Shown here in pieces: positions 63,739-64,000 of a stretch of DNA of 64,000 bases. The translations under genes and the position numbers were made by a program. The DNA lies in the NCBI RefSeq assembly GCF_013122565.1, contig NZ_CP053258.1. The stretch is one strand, 5' to 3'. The notes beneath the pieces are model-generated. The model saw nothing but the letters and a program-made list of their open reading frames with translations. It was not told where the DNA came from and did not search any database. Source of the stretch: Escherichia coli (GTDB lineage Bacteria > Pseudomonadota > Gammaproteobacteria > Enterobacterales > Enterobacteriaceae). The first letter of the stretch is position 1, and each line of letters begins with the position of its first letter.

Positions 63739-64000
63739 TTATAGAGACAAGTCCTGCAGTCGCTCCGATAAGTCTCCGGTAGCCAACTGCTCTGCGTCGA
63801 TATCTTCCTTGACCTGTTGATGCCAGGTTGTTTCATCCCACAGCTCAAACTTGTTGAACTGTCCAACCAGCATCACTTCTTTTGTCAGCCCGGCATGTTG
63901 CCGCAGTACTGGCGCGATTAACAATCGACCTGCGCCATCCATCTGACATTCGCTGGCATGACCTAACAGTAGGCGCTGCACACGGCGCTCAACCGGGTTC
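63739..64000 (-). CDS. mraZ: Transcriptional regulator MraZ, C-terminal part (5' end beyond window end)
   Basis: Frame stays open to the window edge (…[38 protein letters not shown]…DLSL). Confidence 0.9.

Overview
This window reads as Escherichia coli (K-12-like) core chromosome, roughly the 2.0-3.4 min region in reverse-complement orientation; genes were identified by recognising the translated ORFs, not by any database search. Order along the window: the 3' part of the yad chaperone-usher fimbrial operon (htrE-yadM-yadL-yadK-yadC), panB-panC, the Rpn-family nuclease gene rpnC(yadD), panD, yadE-yadI-yadH-yadG, can, hpt, gcd, cueO, yacC, speE-speD, yacL, acnB, yacH, the pdhR-aceE-aceF-lpd operon, aroP, ampD-ampE, nadC, ppdD-hofB-hofC, guaC, coaE-zapD-yacG, mutT, secM-secA, lpxC, and the dcw division/cell-wall cluster from ftsZ back to mraZ (truncated at the window end). 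Almost every base is explained by these genes, and I see no prophage, IS element, CRISPR array, integron or compositionally foreign island. I do not find a convincing previously undescribed multi-gene system. The one locus that looks genuinely under-explained is the rpnC 3' end: a diverged tandem second copy of its C-terminal tail segment forms a free-standing 69-codon ORF (5929..6138). Secondary items are the repeat-rich DUF-like protein YacH, the uncharacterised yadE-yadI-yadHG cluster, and recognisable regulatory sites (PdhR box, CueR box, SecM arrest motif, REP/BIME elements, several intrinsic terminator hairpins). Many ORF-track starts are over-extended and were trimmed to the start I recognise; start coordinates are therefore less certain than stops.
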